This document shows, one piece after another, positions 10,469 through 21,799 of a stretch of DNA of 61,021 bases. The translations under genes were made by a program, and so were the position numbers. Each line of letters begins with the position of its first letter. Positions within the stretch are counted from its first letter, which is position 1. Below the pieces are notes generated by a model. The model saw only the letters and a program-made list of their open reading frames with translations. It made no database searches and was not told the DNA's origin. Origin of the DNA: Craspedostauros australis (Eukaryota); assembly GCA_030167865.1 (NCBI GenBank), contig JALAGF010000951.1:1-61021 (forward strand), in the 5' to 3' direction.

Positions 10469-12261
10469 CTAGCGAGGGGGCTGGTGCTGCTGCTGCTGCT
10501 GTGCCAAGCCGACCAAGGCCTGTTCGATGGCCGCGATCATGGTGGAGACGGTGGCCTGGTGGTTCCTGAGATCGGGCAGGCAATTCATGGCCTCGAGGAT
10601 CACTGTGTTGGCGGGTGGCGCCGCCTGCGGCGGTGGTTGGGCCGCCATCATTGGTGGTTGAGGAGCAGCAGGCGGTGGCGCTGCCGCGACGGTTGGTGGT
10701 GTCACCATCGGCGACAGCAACGCTTGTATCGATTGTATTTGCTGCTGCTGCTGCGTCACGGGATTCGGGACGACACCTTGCGCGATGAGCTGTGCGATGA
10801 GAGCGACGCGTGCATCGTCCACCTGCCGCGCAAGAGCAGCAGCGGCGTCGGGCTGCGCTTGACCCAGCAGCGCATTAATGGCCTGCAGTTGCGCAGCAGA
10901 GGTGGCCGCGGGTGGAAAGGCCATTGGCGCGAGCTGGCGCACATCGGAGGACAGCGACGGAATGACCGCAGATGCGGTGTGCTGTGGCGTCGCGACAGCG
11001 AATCGTTCGTTGGACGTGTGTGCCTGCTCCTGGCCCAGTGCATTGAGCCGTGGCGTCGTGACCATGTTGGACGTGAGCTGACGCAGGTCAATGAAGGAGT
11101 TGGGTGGAGTCATGCGGCGCTTAGCCCCGCTTGGTTTGTTGACGGAGGCCTGCACGCGATTGGAATCCGCCGCCGCGTGGTTGGGGTGCGGTTGATTTTC
11201 ACGGATGATGGAGATCGTGGTCTCGATGGTGCTGGGAGAAGTAGATTTCGCCCCTGGGGAACCGGTCTGCGGCCGCTGCTTGCGCGCGCCGCTGGTGTTG
11301 GAGGCGATGGAGTGATGAGAGCACGCGGAGCTGCAGTTGTCATCGTGGACCTTGTTGCTGCGAATCGCCGCCGCGGCTGATGATGATGATGATACTGCTG
11401 CTGCTACAGCGGACGGTGGCAGAGTCGGGGATGGAGACCTGAGCCTCTCGCGCGTCATCTTGGAGCACAGATCCGGCATGCCCTTGATGAAGAGGGGATG
11501 GTAGATGCATGTGCCGCCAAGCGCCTCGTCATGGCGTCCTCCGTGCATGGTCTGGAAGCTCCACAGATTCAGCTGTCGTTGGAAGCTCTTGAAACGCGTT
11601 TGCTTGAAGAACTTGGGCACTGTTGTGTTGAAGTTGTTGATAATGTTGGGTGTTGGGTTATGTTGATGTTGGTGTGTTGATGAATTGTGAGGAGCGGAGG
11701 GATGGCGATTAGTGAGGAATGCTAGTGGTGGTAGAGAAGGAGAGGTGCCGTTTCTAGCATGATGCCCACGTACGACACGAAGCGCAGAGTAGTAGCAGTA
11801 CAGCAGGGGGTGGTGGTAGGATAGGATGACGTCGCATGCTGTACCATGCTATGTTATGCCTTGGACCAGCCGAGACAACGGAGCGTAGAATCGAGCGATG
11901 GTCGTCATGTGGCAGTACATGACATCATCAGAACACCACGAAATGACATCATTCCCGCGACATTCTCTCGTTTTGTCGGTGTTTCCCAACGCAACTCGAT
12001 GCAATGAAACTTACGCATCTTCTCCATGAACTTCTTGCGGTCCTTGATGAGGAACGACTTGCCGTCGGGCAACCAGCATGCGATGTCATCATCTCCCGTG
12101 CGCTCCGCATGCTCCAGCATGACGTGAAGCTTGCGCGGGAACTGATTGATGAGCGAGGGTCCGCGACGGAGGCAGGACATCTTCTGCATGCTGGGGGCGC
12201 CGATCGATGATGCTGGATGGTGCTTAACGATGGTGTGCGGCTTTGACAGTATCGCGATCAT
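10469..12261 (-). CDS. HSF: Heat shock factor (HSF-type DNA-binding domain) transcription factor; 2 exons, intron 11620-12014; start may be 12261 or 12189
   Basis: Exon 1 encodes FPRKLHVMLE...IACWLPDGKSFLIKDRKKFM. GTAAGT donor at 12014 and CAG acceptor at 11620 join it in frame to LPKFFKQTRFKSFQRQLNLWSF...YHPLFIKG. The C-terminus is Q/A/P-rich. Confidence 0.92.
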
Positions 12262-15041
12262 TGAACGATCGATGGATGGATGGATGGATGAAGTGGAGTG
12301 GAATAGTGTTGTGGATGATGTTCTGGACAATGTGCTTGATGAGTTGCTGATTGAATGGGCGAGTGGTTCTTTTTGTGTGCTGATGAGTGGTTCTTTTTGT
12401 GAGGTGGATTCAATTCGACTTCGTCTCGCTTGGCTTGACTTCGCTTGACTTCACTTCGTTTGATTCAGTTTGGTTTGTGTTCGATTGGGGTCGCGCAGGT
12501 TGTTGGGCTTTGTTTGTGAGCAGCGAGGCCTCATGCGGAGAAAGGTTCGATGGCGCCTGATGTGTTGTGTTGTGTTGTGTTGTGTTGTGTTTTGGTACGA
12601 GCGCAACTATGAGTGTGCGCAATGAGGTGTCTTTCGCGGAGATGCGTCGGTGATGACTTGTCGTGTGGTGTCTTGTGACGTTGGATGATGCTGTATCGTT
12701 GCACTATGTTGTGTTGTGTTGTGCTATGTTGTATAATACTTTGTCTGTGCAGATTGCATCGACTCTCTTCGTTGCTGGAGGAAAAACGCGCACTGGTGAA
12801 ATGTTCGTTTTTGATTTGGTGCAGGCTCGAGTACGTCTTTAGATACAGCGAGGCGTTCTCTGTGCCGCTCCGCTTTGGTGCCCGTTGTTGTTGTTTGTTG
12901 TGCTGTTTGGGGCGCACGCTGTCTCTCTGCAAGGCCGGATTGGTGGTCTCTTTGTGTGCGCGCATGTGTGCGAAGGACTCGGGGCTTTGCCAGGGTAGCC
13001 TTTTCGCTGTGACGGGCTTCTTCGCTGTTGCCACTGTTGCTGAAGGTGCCCAGATTCTCTCATGGATCAGAACTAACGTGTCACCATGTTCCATTGGTGC
13101 AACGGTGCTTCAAAACACTGGAAGATCATTGGTAGAGAACATGATGCGACATGACACCATCGGCTGCTTTTGATTCCGTCAATTATCGCATTGACACCAC
13201 GTCACTTCATGGAACAGTCTTCTTTTTGTCTCCTATCTGAGGAATGGAAGTCTACGGAGGTGCGTCGTAGACTGGTTTACCACGGTGTGTTTTTTGCGAT
13301 GACAGTGGTTGTTCGGCGGTGTCGGATGCGTGTCTGTGAATCGAAAAGAAGCATGAAGAAAAGAGATGCTGGGCAGTGTATTTGGAATGTTTCGATCGCG
13401 CGAGACAGCAGTTTGCTAATGGCTTGGTTGTGTGCGGCGTTGCGCGTGTGCGTTATTTGGCCTCTGTGCGGTCATGTGCTTCTGCGTCATGACGTCGAAT
13501 TGTTCGCTCGCTCGTCAGCGCACAAATCACCTCAAACGCCGAATTATGGCCTTCCGGACGAGAAGTCGACACAAGCGATGGCTGCGAACCAAGTACACCA
13601 CGCTGCCGCCAGAAGTCGTGTACTTTGGCGACTTACGGTATCGAACCATGGAACAAAAAGAACATATGATACGAGTAGTTCTATTTGGCACAACCAATCG
13701 CCCAGATGAATTGACGGAAGAAGAAGAATGGTTCTTTACTGTCGACTGTGACACGGCGCTACCCAAGAACGAAGCATCAAAGGATCGACGTGCGCTCTAT
13801 TGTCCGCCGAAGACATGCACAAATCCGAATTGAGTGAATGCCCTTGATTCCCTGCCATTATACGGACTATTATTGTTATTGAGCGTTCTATGGAATCAGC
13901 CGAAAGAATGGTTCTTCCGGGAAATACCGAACTTCGCTTGTGCCTAAGACTCCGCGAGATCAGTATTATGTGCCGCCGTTCTCGAATAGCCGCGTGTCGA
14001 ATAGCTTCTTGGTAAACCACGTTGTCAAGTTCCTTCGGTTTTGTGATACCGTGGTGCAGAGCCCGTTTCAGTCCATTTTGGTCCACTCTTCTCCGTTTGG
14101 CACAGCAAAACTCATCCAAGAATAATAGGACTATATTTGTCCGCCAAAACCAGTTCGTTATGACGTTGTCCGCGTCCGCCAATGAATCGCCGAAAACGAG
14201 AACTTAATCATGGCAGGCTACCATGCTGCGTCGAAGATAGAGAGGAAGCGTTCGAAATGGAGTGATTCGCAGTGGACGACAGTGGAGGGCATGCACTCAA
14301 TGCACTTCAAGGAAAGGAAGTTCGACCTCTATATGGCAGATCGTGCTTCGAACCAAATTCATCTGGCTGGAAGCGCCAGTATCTCAGTATATTTTCTACG
14401 AGGATGATGGCCTGAAGACGTTCCTCTTTCTCATTCAGCTCTTGCCATCCACTTCTTGCTTCTCTTCTGCCATCACACTGAGCACACGAAGCGCATGTAG
14501 TAGACGAAGGAAAGAAGAAGAATCAGATACTATCATAGTCAGCAACACCATCACCAGCACAGACATGTTCATCGTTGGCAACATCATCGCTGCCCTCCTG
14601 CCACTTCGAATTCAAAACACGATCCACATCATGCGTCCGCCTGTTGCTTTCTTTGGTGCTGCGCTGTTGATGTGCGCCAAGAAACTCGCGTTGTGTCAAC
14701 TGCCATTTTGGCGATGAAAAAATGGCGCGGCATGCGTCTCAAGTTGAGTCGTCGGAGTCACCAGAGTTCTTCTCCATCGCAGAATCCTACGACAGCATTA
14801 CGGCGATTGATTGTTGGCGCGAAGTTGCGACGCGAAGCGCAACGATCGCCTGAGTGGATTGTTGTTGTGTGCGCACATCTCCACGTTAAAATGCGAAACA
14901 CAACAAGAGCCAATCTCCTTTTTCCCACATCATCTATCTATCTTCATTGATTTGGTCATAAAACAAACCAACGGCATCACTCACAATCCACAACGCCATT
15001 CGCATTATACAACACGCATCAGACAATACGATACGTAGATC

Positions 15042-16570
15042 ATGCCAGTCCCAGCCCAAACCCTCGAACACAAGGTCTCCAGCCTGTCCATCGGCAACGA
15101 AAGCACGGAGAAGAAGGCCGCAGCCTCCATCGAGAACATGGCCGCCGTGTCGAGCAAGCAAGAGTCGACCGACGCGCCATCCACGGCATCCTCCGACAAC
15201 AGCGATGTGCTGGACACAGCCGCGTTGGCCATGAAGAAGTCGGAGCACAAGATCATGGAAGAGCAGGGTCTGCTCAAGGGTGAACCTCTGCTCACAACGA
15301 ATCCGCACCGATTCGTTATCTTTCCAATCCAAGACAATGACGTGAGTGATGCTGTGTACTGTGTGTACTGTGTGTTGCTTTGTACTGCGTTATACTGCAT
15401 TGCTGCTGGTCTTCCCAAACGTTGTTCATCGTGACCATCGCATTGCCCTGGTCATCACGAAGAAAGAGGAATCGCGCGAAGTGGAACGATGTTTGAATTC
15501 AAACAGACAGATGCTGATGATGATGGTGATGATGATGATGTGACAATGCGAATGCGCGCCAATTCTGTTTTCTCACACATGCGCTCCAATTGGTATCTTC
15601 CTTCGCTTGCACCATTCGCATCCGCAAATGATCAATGAACCACATTCAAACATGCCAACACGTTGGACAGTTGTGGGGCATGTACAAGAAGGCAGAGGCC
15701 TCATTCTGGACATCGGAAGAGATTGATCTGGGCGCCGACATGAACGACTGGAACAAGCTGTCCAACAACGAGCGCCACTTCGTCTCGCACGTTCTCGCAT
15801 TCTTCGCGGCCAGCGATGGCATCGTCAACGAGAATCTCGCGCAGAACTTCATGACGGAGATCCAATCCGCCGAGGCGCGTTGCTTCTACGGGTTCCAGAT
15901 CGCCGTCGAGAACATCCACTCCGAGACCTACAGCCTCCTCATCGACACCTACATCAAGGACCCCAAGGAGAAGCTACGCCTGCTGCACGCCATCGACACC
16001 GTCCCGTGCGTGCGTCGCAAGGCCCAGTGGGCATTGCAGTGGTGCCATTCCGAGTACGCCAGCTTCGCCGAACGTTGCGTCGCGTTCTGCGTCGTGGAGG
16101 GCATCTTCTTCTCCGGCAGCTTCTGCGCCATCTTCTGGCTCAAGAAGCGCGGTCTCATGCCCGGCCTCGCCTTCTCCAACGAGCTCATCTCGCGCGATGA
16201 AGGACTGCACTGCGACTTCGCCTGCATGCTGTACTCCAAGCTCATTCACAAGCTTCCAGAACAGCGCATAGTCGACATCGTCACGTCCGCCGTCGACATC
16301 GAGAAGGAATTCGTTTCCGATGCGCTGCCCGTGGAGCTCATCGGCATGAACTCCAGCCTCATGCAGCAGTACATCGAGTTCTGTGCCGACCGTCTCCTCG
16401 TCGCTCTCGGTTGCTCCAAGCACTACAACACCCACAACCCATTCGAGTGGATGGAGCTCATCTCGCTGCAGGGTAAGACCAACTTCTTCGAGAAGAGAGT
16501 TGGTGAGTATGCGAAGAGCGGCGTGGGTGTCGAGGAGAACCACACCTTCTCGCTCGATGCCGACTTTTAG
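15042..16570 (+). CDS. RNR2: Ribonucleoside-diphosphate reductase small (R2) subunit; exons 15042-15341 and 15671-16570 (399 aa)
   Basis: [43 protein letters not shown] (radical Tyr), [16 protein letters not shown] and C-terminal FSLDADF. GTGAGT/CAG phase-0 intron. Confidence 0.98.
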
Positions 16571-16907
16571 ATGATAGAAAACGGGGGGACACACACGCAC
16601 TGAAACGTATAATAGGTACAGCAGCTGTGGACATGACATGACACGACATGCAATGATCGAGAAGATGTACAAAAAGAAAAGCACGAAGCAACACAACGAA
16701 ACGCAACACAACACAAAAACAGAATAATCCAATAACGAGCACACACAGTTACGCACAAAAACACAAACCCAGATACACTTTGTGTGGAATCATCACATTG
16801 CCATTACTTGTTCTAGCACAAATGGTGTTGAACCATCATTCTCAATCTCTCGAGCGTCACCTTCTAATCCACCTCAATCAATACAATACAAATCAAGCCA
16901 AGTCAAA

Positions 16908-17879
16908 CTAGATGCCAGTGCCACCTTCCTCGACCGTGTCAGAAACCTTGATGACAGGCGGCGTCTCCTTCTTGGCCACCATCCATCCGCTCCAGGTCTT
17001 GTCAATCCACTCCTTGTACTCGGCCCGATCACCGTACTTCTCCTTCTGACGTTGCTCCAAACCTCCGGTCGCCTGCATCAACACGAACACGATGCCCAAC
17101 CACCCCAGCACGCTGCTCGTCATGTACCACGCCAACGCACCGCGACGCAAGTTGCCATGGATGGCACCCGCCACACCCGCCGCGCAATTCATCGTCCACC
17201 CGATGATCTCGCCCGTATAATTGGGATGCCGCAGGACGCTGTAGATGCCGGACGTCACGAGGGCGTCGGGATCGTTGCGCTTGACCCACGATTTGGTCGT
17301 ATCGCCCAACGCCGCAATCGCGAATCCCAACGCCGTGCCGGCGGCGCAGATCTGCGTGGCCACATTCGTTGTGGATTGCAGCAGCAACGGCGCCGAGAGG
17401 CCGTAGTAGAGGTATCCGCACGACACGGCCAGCGGCAGCAGCTTCAGTTTGCGTTGCAACCAGGACGTGTCGTCGCTGTTGCGCGCGAGCGCTTTGGCCT
17501 CGATCCGCTGCTGCATCTCTTGCATGCGCTGCGAAAAGAGATTGCGCGCCAATAGGAAGAGGCACAGACGCACGCCGTACAGCGTCAGGATGGCGGATTG
17601 CAGCGGCGCGACAGCGTGCAGCACGATGCCCGTCAGAGCCAGGGCGCCGCCGTAGCCGTACGAGACGATGTAATCGTACCGCAAGAACATGCAGGCCAGC
17701 GGCGGCACGAAGCTCGTGACGATCTCGGGAGGGATGGCGGTGGGCATCATCGCCGCGCCGCCGTGTGGAATGATGGCAGGAGGTGTCGTCGTGATCACGG
17801 AACGCGGGACGGTCGTCCATGCCGTGGTGCTGTCCAGCAGCAGGGCCGCGAGGGCCAGCATTGCGCGTCTCATCTTCAT
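16908..17879 (-). CDS. DUF1295 / steroid 5-alpha-reductase-ICMT-like membrane protein with an N-terminal signal
   Basis: Motifs VSYGYG, LYGVRLCLFL and ALGDTTK...LVTSGIYSVLRHPNYTGEI, then LEQRQKEKYG...Y. Several hydrophobic segments and a signal peptide after MKMRRAML. Confidence 0.85.
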   Translation of the reverse strand: MKMRRAMLALAALLLDSTTAWTTVPRSVITTTPPAIIPHGGAAMMPTAIPPEIVTSFVPPLACMFLRYDYIVSYGYGGALALTGIVLHAVAPLQSAILTLYGVRLCLFLLARNLFSQRMQEMQQRIEAKALARNSDDTSWLQRKLKLLPLAVSCGYLYYGLSAPLLLQSTTNVATQICAAGTALGFAIAALGDTTKSWVKRNDPDALVTSGIYSVLRHPNYTGEIIGWTMNCAAGVAGAIHGNLRRGALAWYMTSSVLGWLGIVFVLMQATGGLEQRQKEKYGDRAEYKEWIDKTWSGWMVAKKETPPVIKVSDTVEEGGTGI

Positions 17880-18371
17880 CTTCGTGATTGTCCTATGTTT
17901 GTGTTTGTGTTTGTCTTGTGTTTGTCTTGTGGAACTACTTGTCAGGTCCTGACCTGTCTCCTTTGTGACCACCTCCCCACTTCCATGGTGACACCCCAAC
18001 AACAGCGATGGTGATGGATTTGATCCTTGCCGTTTGGCACATGACATGATGTGACACTGTGGTCCAATGAGTCGAAAACGTATCTTTCCGTGACGTACCG
18101 AAATTCGAAAGAAGCAAACAGAACACCGTGTCACGTCTCAGCGGATAACGGGAGATGTTGTGTGGATTGGGGATTCTGTTTGTTCCAAACGCACCTCAAG
18201 AGGGGCATGCACACAGTGATCATACGATCCACCTGGACGCAGAGAGAGAGAGAGAGAGAGAAGTGGAGCATAACAGACAGCAATCGGAAGCAACCCAAAG
18301 CAGCATCCGCCCACTCATTCATCGCATCGCATCACATCACATCACATCACATCACATACGTCGGCTGCAAT

Positions 18372-18902
18372 ATGCGCTGCGTTGCCACCCTCACCATCCT
18401 CATGTCCATCATGACAACGGTCACTGCCGCCCTCCCGGAGACCACAGACGAGACGGACGCATCGACGCAACACGATAACGCCCTGCGCCTGCGCATCCCG
18501 CGCATCTGGTCTGAAGCGCAAGAACGCAACGTCGGCGACAGCGAGACGACCAAGACGCAGATCCTGCGTTCGCGCACGGGCATCACGCAGCATATGCTCA
18601 AGCATTACGGTGCGACCGACTGCCAGACCGACGAGATTGTCTATGCCCAGGACGACAAGAATGCCGTGTGTGCACCCAAATGCACCGATTTCATGCCGTG
18701 TCCCACCGATGTGCCGGCCGGTGTCACGGCGACGCCCATGTGCGTTTTGGAGAATACGATGACGGGCGATAAGTACTGTGCGTTGATTTGCGATGCGAGC
18801 GGCACGATGCATCTGCGGGGGCGGGCCGGGCCGTGCGGCGATGGTGGGGTTTGTCAACCAATGCAAGGGTTGGGCATTTGCACGTATCCGGTCAAAGCGT
18901 AA
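18372..18902 (+). CDS. Small secreted cysteine-rich protein (176 aa)
   Basis: Signal peptide MRCVATLTILMSIMTTVTA. C-terminal Cys domain CAPKC...CPTDVPAGVTATPMCVL...KYCALIC...CG...CQP.QGLGICTY. Confidence 0.85.
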   Translation: MRCVATLTILMSIMTTVTAALPETTDETDASTQHDNALRLRIPRIWSEAQERNVGDSETTKTQILRSRTGITQHMLKHYGATDCQTDEIVYAQDDKNAVCAPKCTDFMPCPTDVPAGVTATPMCVLENTMTGDKYCALICDASGTMHLRGRAGPCGDGGVCQPMQGLGICTYPVKA

Positions 18903-19100
18903 CGATTGAGTTGGTTGGGTGTTCATTCTGAAGTATTATATTATTCGTACGCTGTTCAAATCCATAATGTTAGACAAAAAACATGTTAATACATAATATA
19001 TGATACTAGTATGAACTCATAGATGGACAAGCCAGTGTGTCTACACCGCAAAGTATCACTACTGCATCACTACTGCAACTACCAAACCAAACACGGACAA

Positions 19101-20276
19101 TCACTGCGATTCCGCAATGATCTCGCGCACGCGCTGCACAATCTGCGTGCCCCACACCATCGCACCACTCCCATCAGGATGCAGCTGATCCGACATATAC
19201 CGCAAGGCTTGCGTTTCAGGATCGCGAAAGATCGGCGTCGCATCAAAATACTCCACGTTGTGTTGCGTCGCGGCGTAACATTGCAATCGCCGATTCATCG
19301 TGTCGATCATCGATGTGAACTTGGAGTGGCGCGGAATGACAGAATTGATGACAATGCGCGCGTTGGGTTGCAGTTCACGCAGCCGTTCGACGATGGCGAT
19401 GTTGCCGGCCGTGGGTGCCTCGGAGGTGCAGCGTTCTCTACCCAAGTCGTTGGTTCCGATCAAGACCCAGAGCACCTTGGTCTGCAGACCTTGCAGCTGG
19501 TCGTGATCGAGACGGTACAGGAGATTGGAGCACTGTTGATGTATTATCGGCGCGTATGCAAAGATACGTATGAGAAAATGTGAGGTCCTGTGTGTCTTGA
19601 TGAGATACATTGAGGCACATGGATTACCTCTTGTAGCAGCAGACAGGCAATCCAAATGTCCACATGTCCACAACAAACTCACCGTATCCCCCGAAATCCC
19701 CAACGGAACACCATCAATTGCACCGCCACCGGCCTTGGTAAACAAGTGTTTAAAGACCTTGGCATTCTCCTCGCGCCTGCGAAGCGGAAGATGCATGGCC
19801 GTCCCCAACCAATGCTCCGTGATGGAATCGCCCAGCAGAATGACATCGACCTGACCCAAAGTTTGCTTGGCTTGCAAGGCGACACCTTTCATGGCATCGA
19901 AGGCGATATTCCATTGCTCGATCCGATCCTGACGTTCTCGGCCGATGGTGGGATTGATGCATTGGCATGTTTTGCCATCGGCACACAGTCGCAGCTGCGG
20001 ATCAGATCGGAACGGTGCCATGAACTCTGCGATGCTTTGGCCGAATTGCTCCTTTTCGCAGGTCTCAACTGCGGCCGATCTCGTCACAGCATCGACATCA
20101 TGCAAGGGTCTCGTGGCGAACACACCGCAGATGACGATCAGCACCATCGCACCCACGAATACCAAACGACGTTGTTCGCTCTTCTTGTGCACAGCACCAT
20201 CATCATCTCCTTCAAGTCCCATGTGATGCGCTTGGCTGTCTCCATCCTTCTTGCGGCGTCTGCTGAATTGATTCAT
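19101..20276 (-). CDS. SGNH/GDSL hydrolase (PAF-AH-like), type II membrane protein, paralogue 1; intron 19533-19682
   Basis: Block I GDSITEHW, block II GISGD, block III LIGTNDLG and block V DQLHP. N-terminal transmembrane helix. GTGAGT/CAG intron at the same position as in the paralogues. Confidence 0.92.
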   Translation of the reverse strand: MNQFSRRRKKDGDSQAHHMGLEGDDDGAVHKKSEQRRLVFVGAMVLIVICGVFATRPLHDVDAVTRSAAVETCEKEQFGQSIAEFMAPFRSDPQLRLCADGKTCQCINPTIGRERQDRIEQWNIAFDAMKGVALQAKQTLGQVDVILLGDSITEHWLGTAMHLPLRRREENAKVFKHLFTKAGGGAIDGVPLGISGDTVSLLWTCGHLDCLSAATRGNPCASMYLIKTHRTSHFLIRIFAYAPIIHQQCSNLLYRLDHDQLQGLQTKVLWVLIGTNDLGRERCTSEAPTAGNIAIVERLRELQPNARIVINSVIPRHSKFTSMIDTMNRRLQCYAATQHNVEYFDATPIFRDPETQALRYMSDQLHPDGSGAMVWGTQIVQRVREIIAESQ

Positions 20277-20496
20277 CGTTGGAGAGCAGGGTGTACTGAG
20301 AGCGTTGCTGCTTCAGCGTGTTATGCTGCGCAGTGTTGAGGTTGTATGAAGTGAAGCACCCGTATGGTATTATACGTGTATGGTATGTGTATGATGTGAT
20401 GTGATGTGATGTGATGTGAAGTGTGGACATTCTGTCTGCGAAGTGGCGGCGGTTGGTCAGGTGATGAGAACAGGCTGCTGTTGTCGTTCCCAGCAG

Positions 20497-20723
20497 ACGA
20501 ATCTGCCGAAATCGTATCTTCGTCTGCAGGCTTACAATTGAGTCTAGAGAGTCACGCGACAAGCGACGCGTCCACTACAACGGGCCATAAACACTACGAC
20601 GCTTGCTCTGTCGCATCCGTTTGGAGGTCTCTCGTGTTATAAGACGATGTTTGAGTTGATGCATTTTCCATTGGCAGAGATGATCCGTGCTCTAACACTT
20701 GCGCATGTTCTAAACTTTGGCTG
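20497..20723 (+). repeat. Dispersed ~225-bp repeat, copy A
   Basis: acgaatctgccgaaatcgtatcttcg...aaactttggctga aligns in direct orientation with 32805-33031, with scattered substitutions. Confidence 0.9.
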
Positions 20724-21799
20724 AGCGTCAGTGTCCAAAACCACCTACACTGGGCATGGACAAAGACACTCATGATCGGGCGTTGCACCACAGCCACCCA
20801 ATCTGCAGATCATCTGGTTCACTCAATGGATCAACCGAGCATTGAAAAGAGAGCAGAGCAGCCAGCAGAAAACAGAGAGCAGGGCATCTGGCCACTGCTG
20901 CTGAGCCAGAAGAGAGTATCAGGCAGGCAACCAGTGGAGCTCATCTACGACTACTCTGACTTTGGCCTTGGGCGACGCGCACAAATACGACGATGTCGAC
21001 AAGGAAACTGGAGTGCCTCCTGTCCCTTCTCCTCACCTCTGACAGAAACATACACAGTGAAGGATGTTGCCATTGCTCTCGCAAGACTGGTGCGTGCGCT
21101 GGTGCTCGTGAGGCAATAGTGTTGGGACGATTGTTTCTACATGTGCTGCTCTCTTCGCTCATTATAAAATATTATTGATGTTATCAAATCATTCCATGGC
21201 AATACTCGGGCCAAGGTTCGATCTGATCTACTCGAAAGAAGAGGTCATGGGACAGCACATGACCATTCGCGGTTTAGACTCCAATGTGGACATGGGCAAG
21301 ACGACACAGCCTCTTGTGCAGACGGCTGTAATCCNTTTTCCTTTCGGACTTTCATGCGGTTGATACCGGTAGGCAGACACTTCGTCGCCGGTCGTCTCCG
21401 TGCACAAGATACGTCGCCTCTATGGATGTCAGGAACAGGCTCACTCCCGGATAAACATGCAAATACAAATGCAGATGCAATGGGGAGGGGGATTTGCGAG
21501 ATGGATCACTGTTCATTTCATTTGATTTGTGGTGGTTGGGGTTGGTTCGATTGCGTAGCGTTTCAATTGATCGGGGTGAGGGTGGTTGTGTTGAATATGG
21601 ATGTGTGGATGTGAGTATGGCACAGGCTCTGAACGCCGACAGCCCCAAGTGGTTGGTTGGTTTTCGCGTGCCTCACCGTCCTCTCAACAGCTGAGGATCG
21701 GCAGTTGCAGCTGCGCGTTGGACTTGGAAGAGAGGTGTCGGATGCTGTCATTTGTCGCTATACCCACACAGCGGTTGATGAATGGATCATGCGTTGTGT

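Noticed and set aside
13432-14717. Patchwork of short ORFs that might be a decayed gene
   Set aside because: No consistent frame, splice model or family motif could be established.
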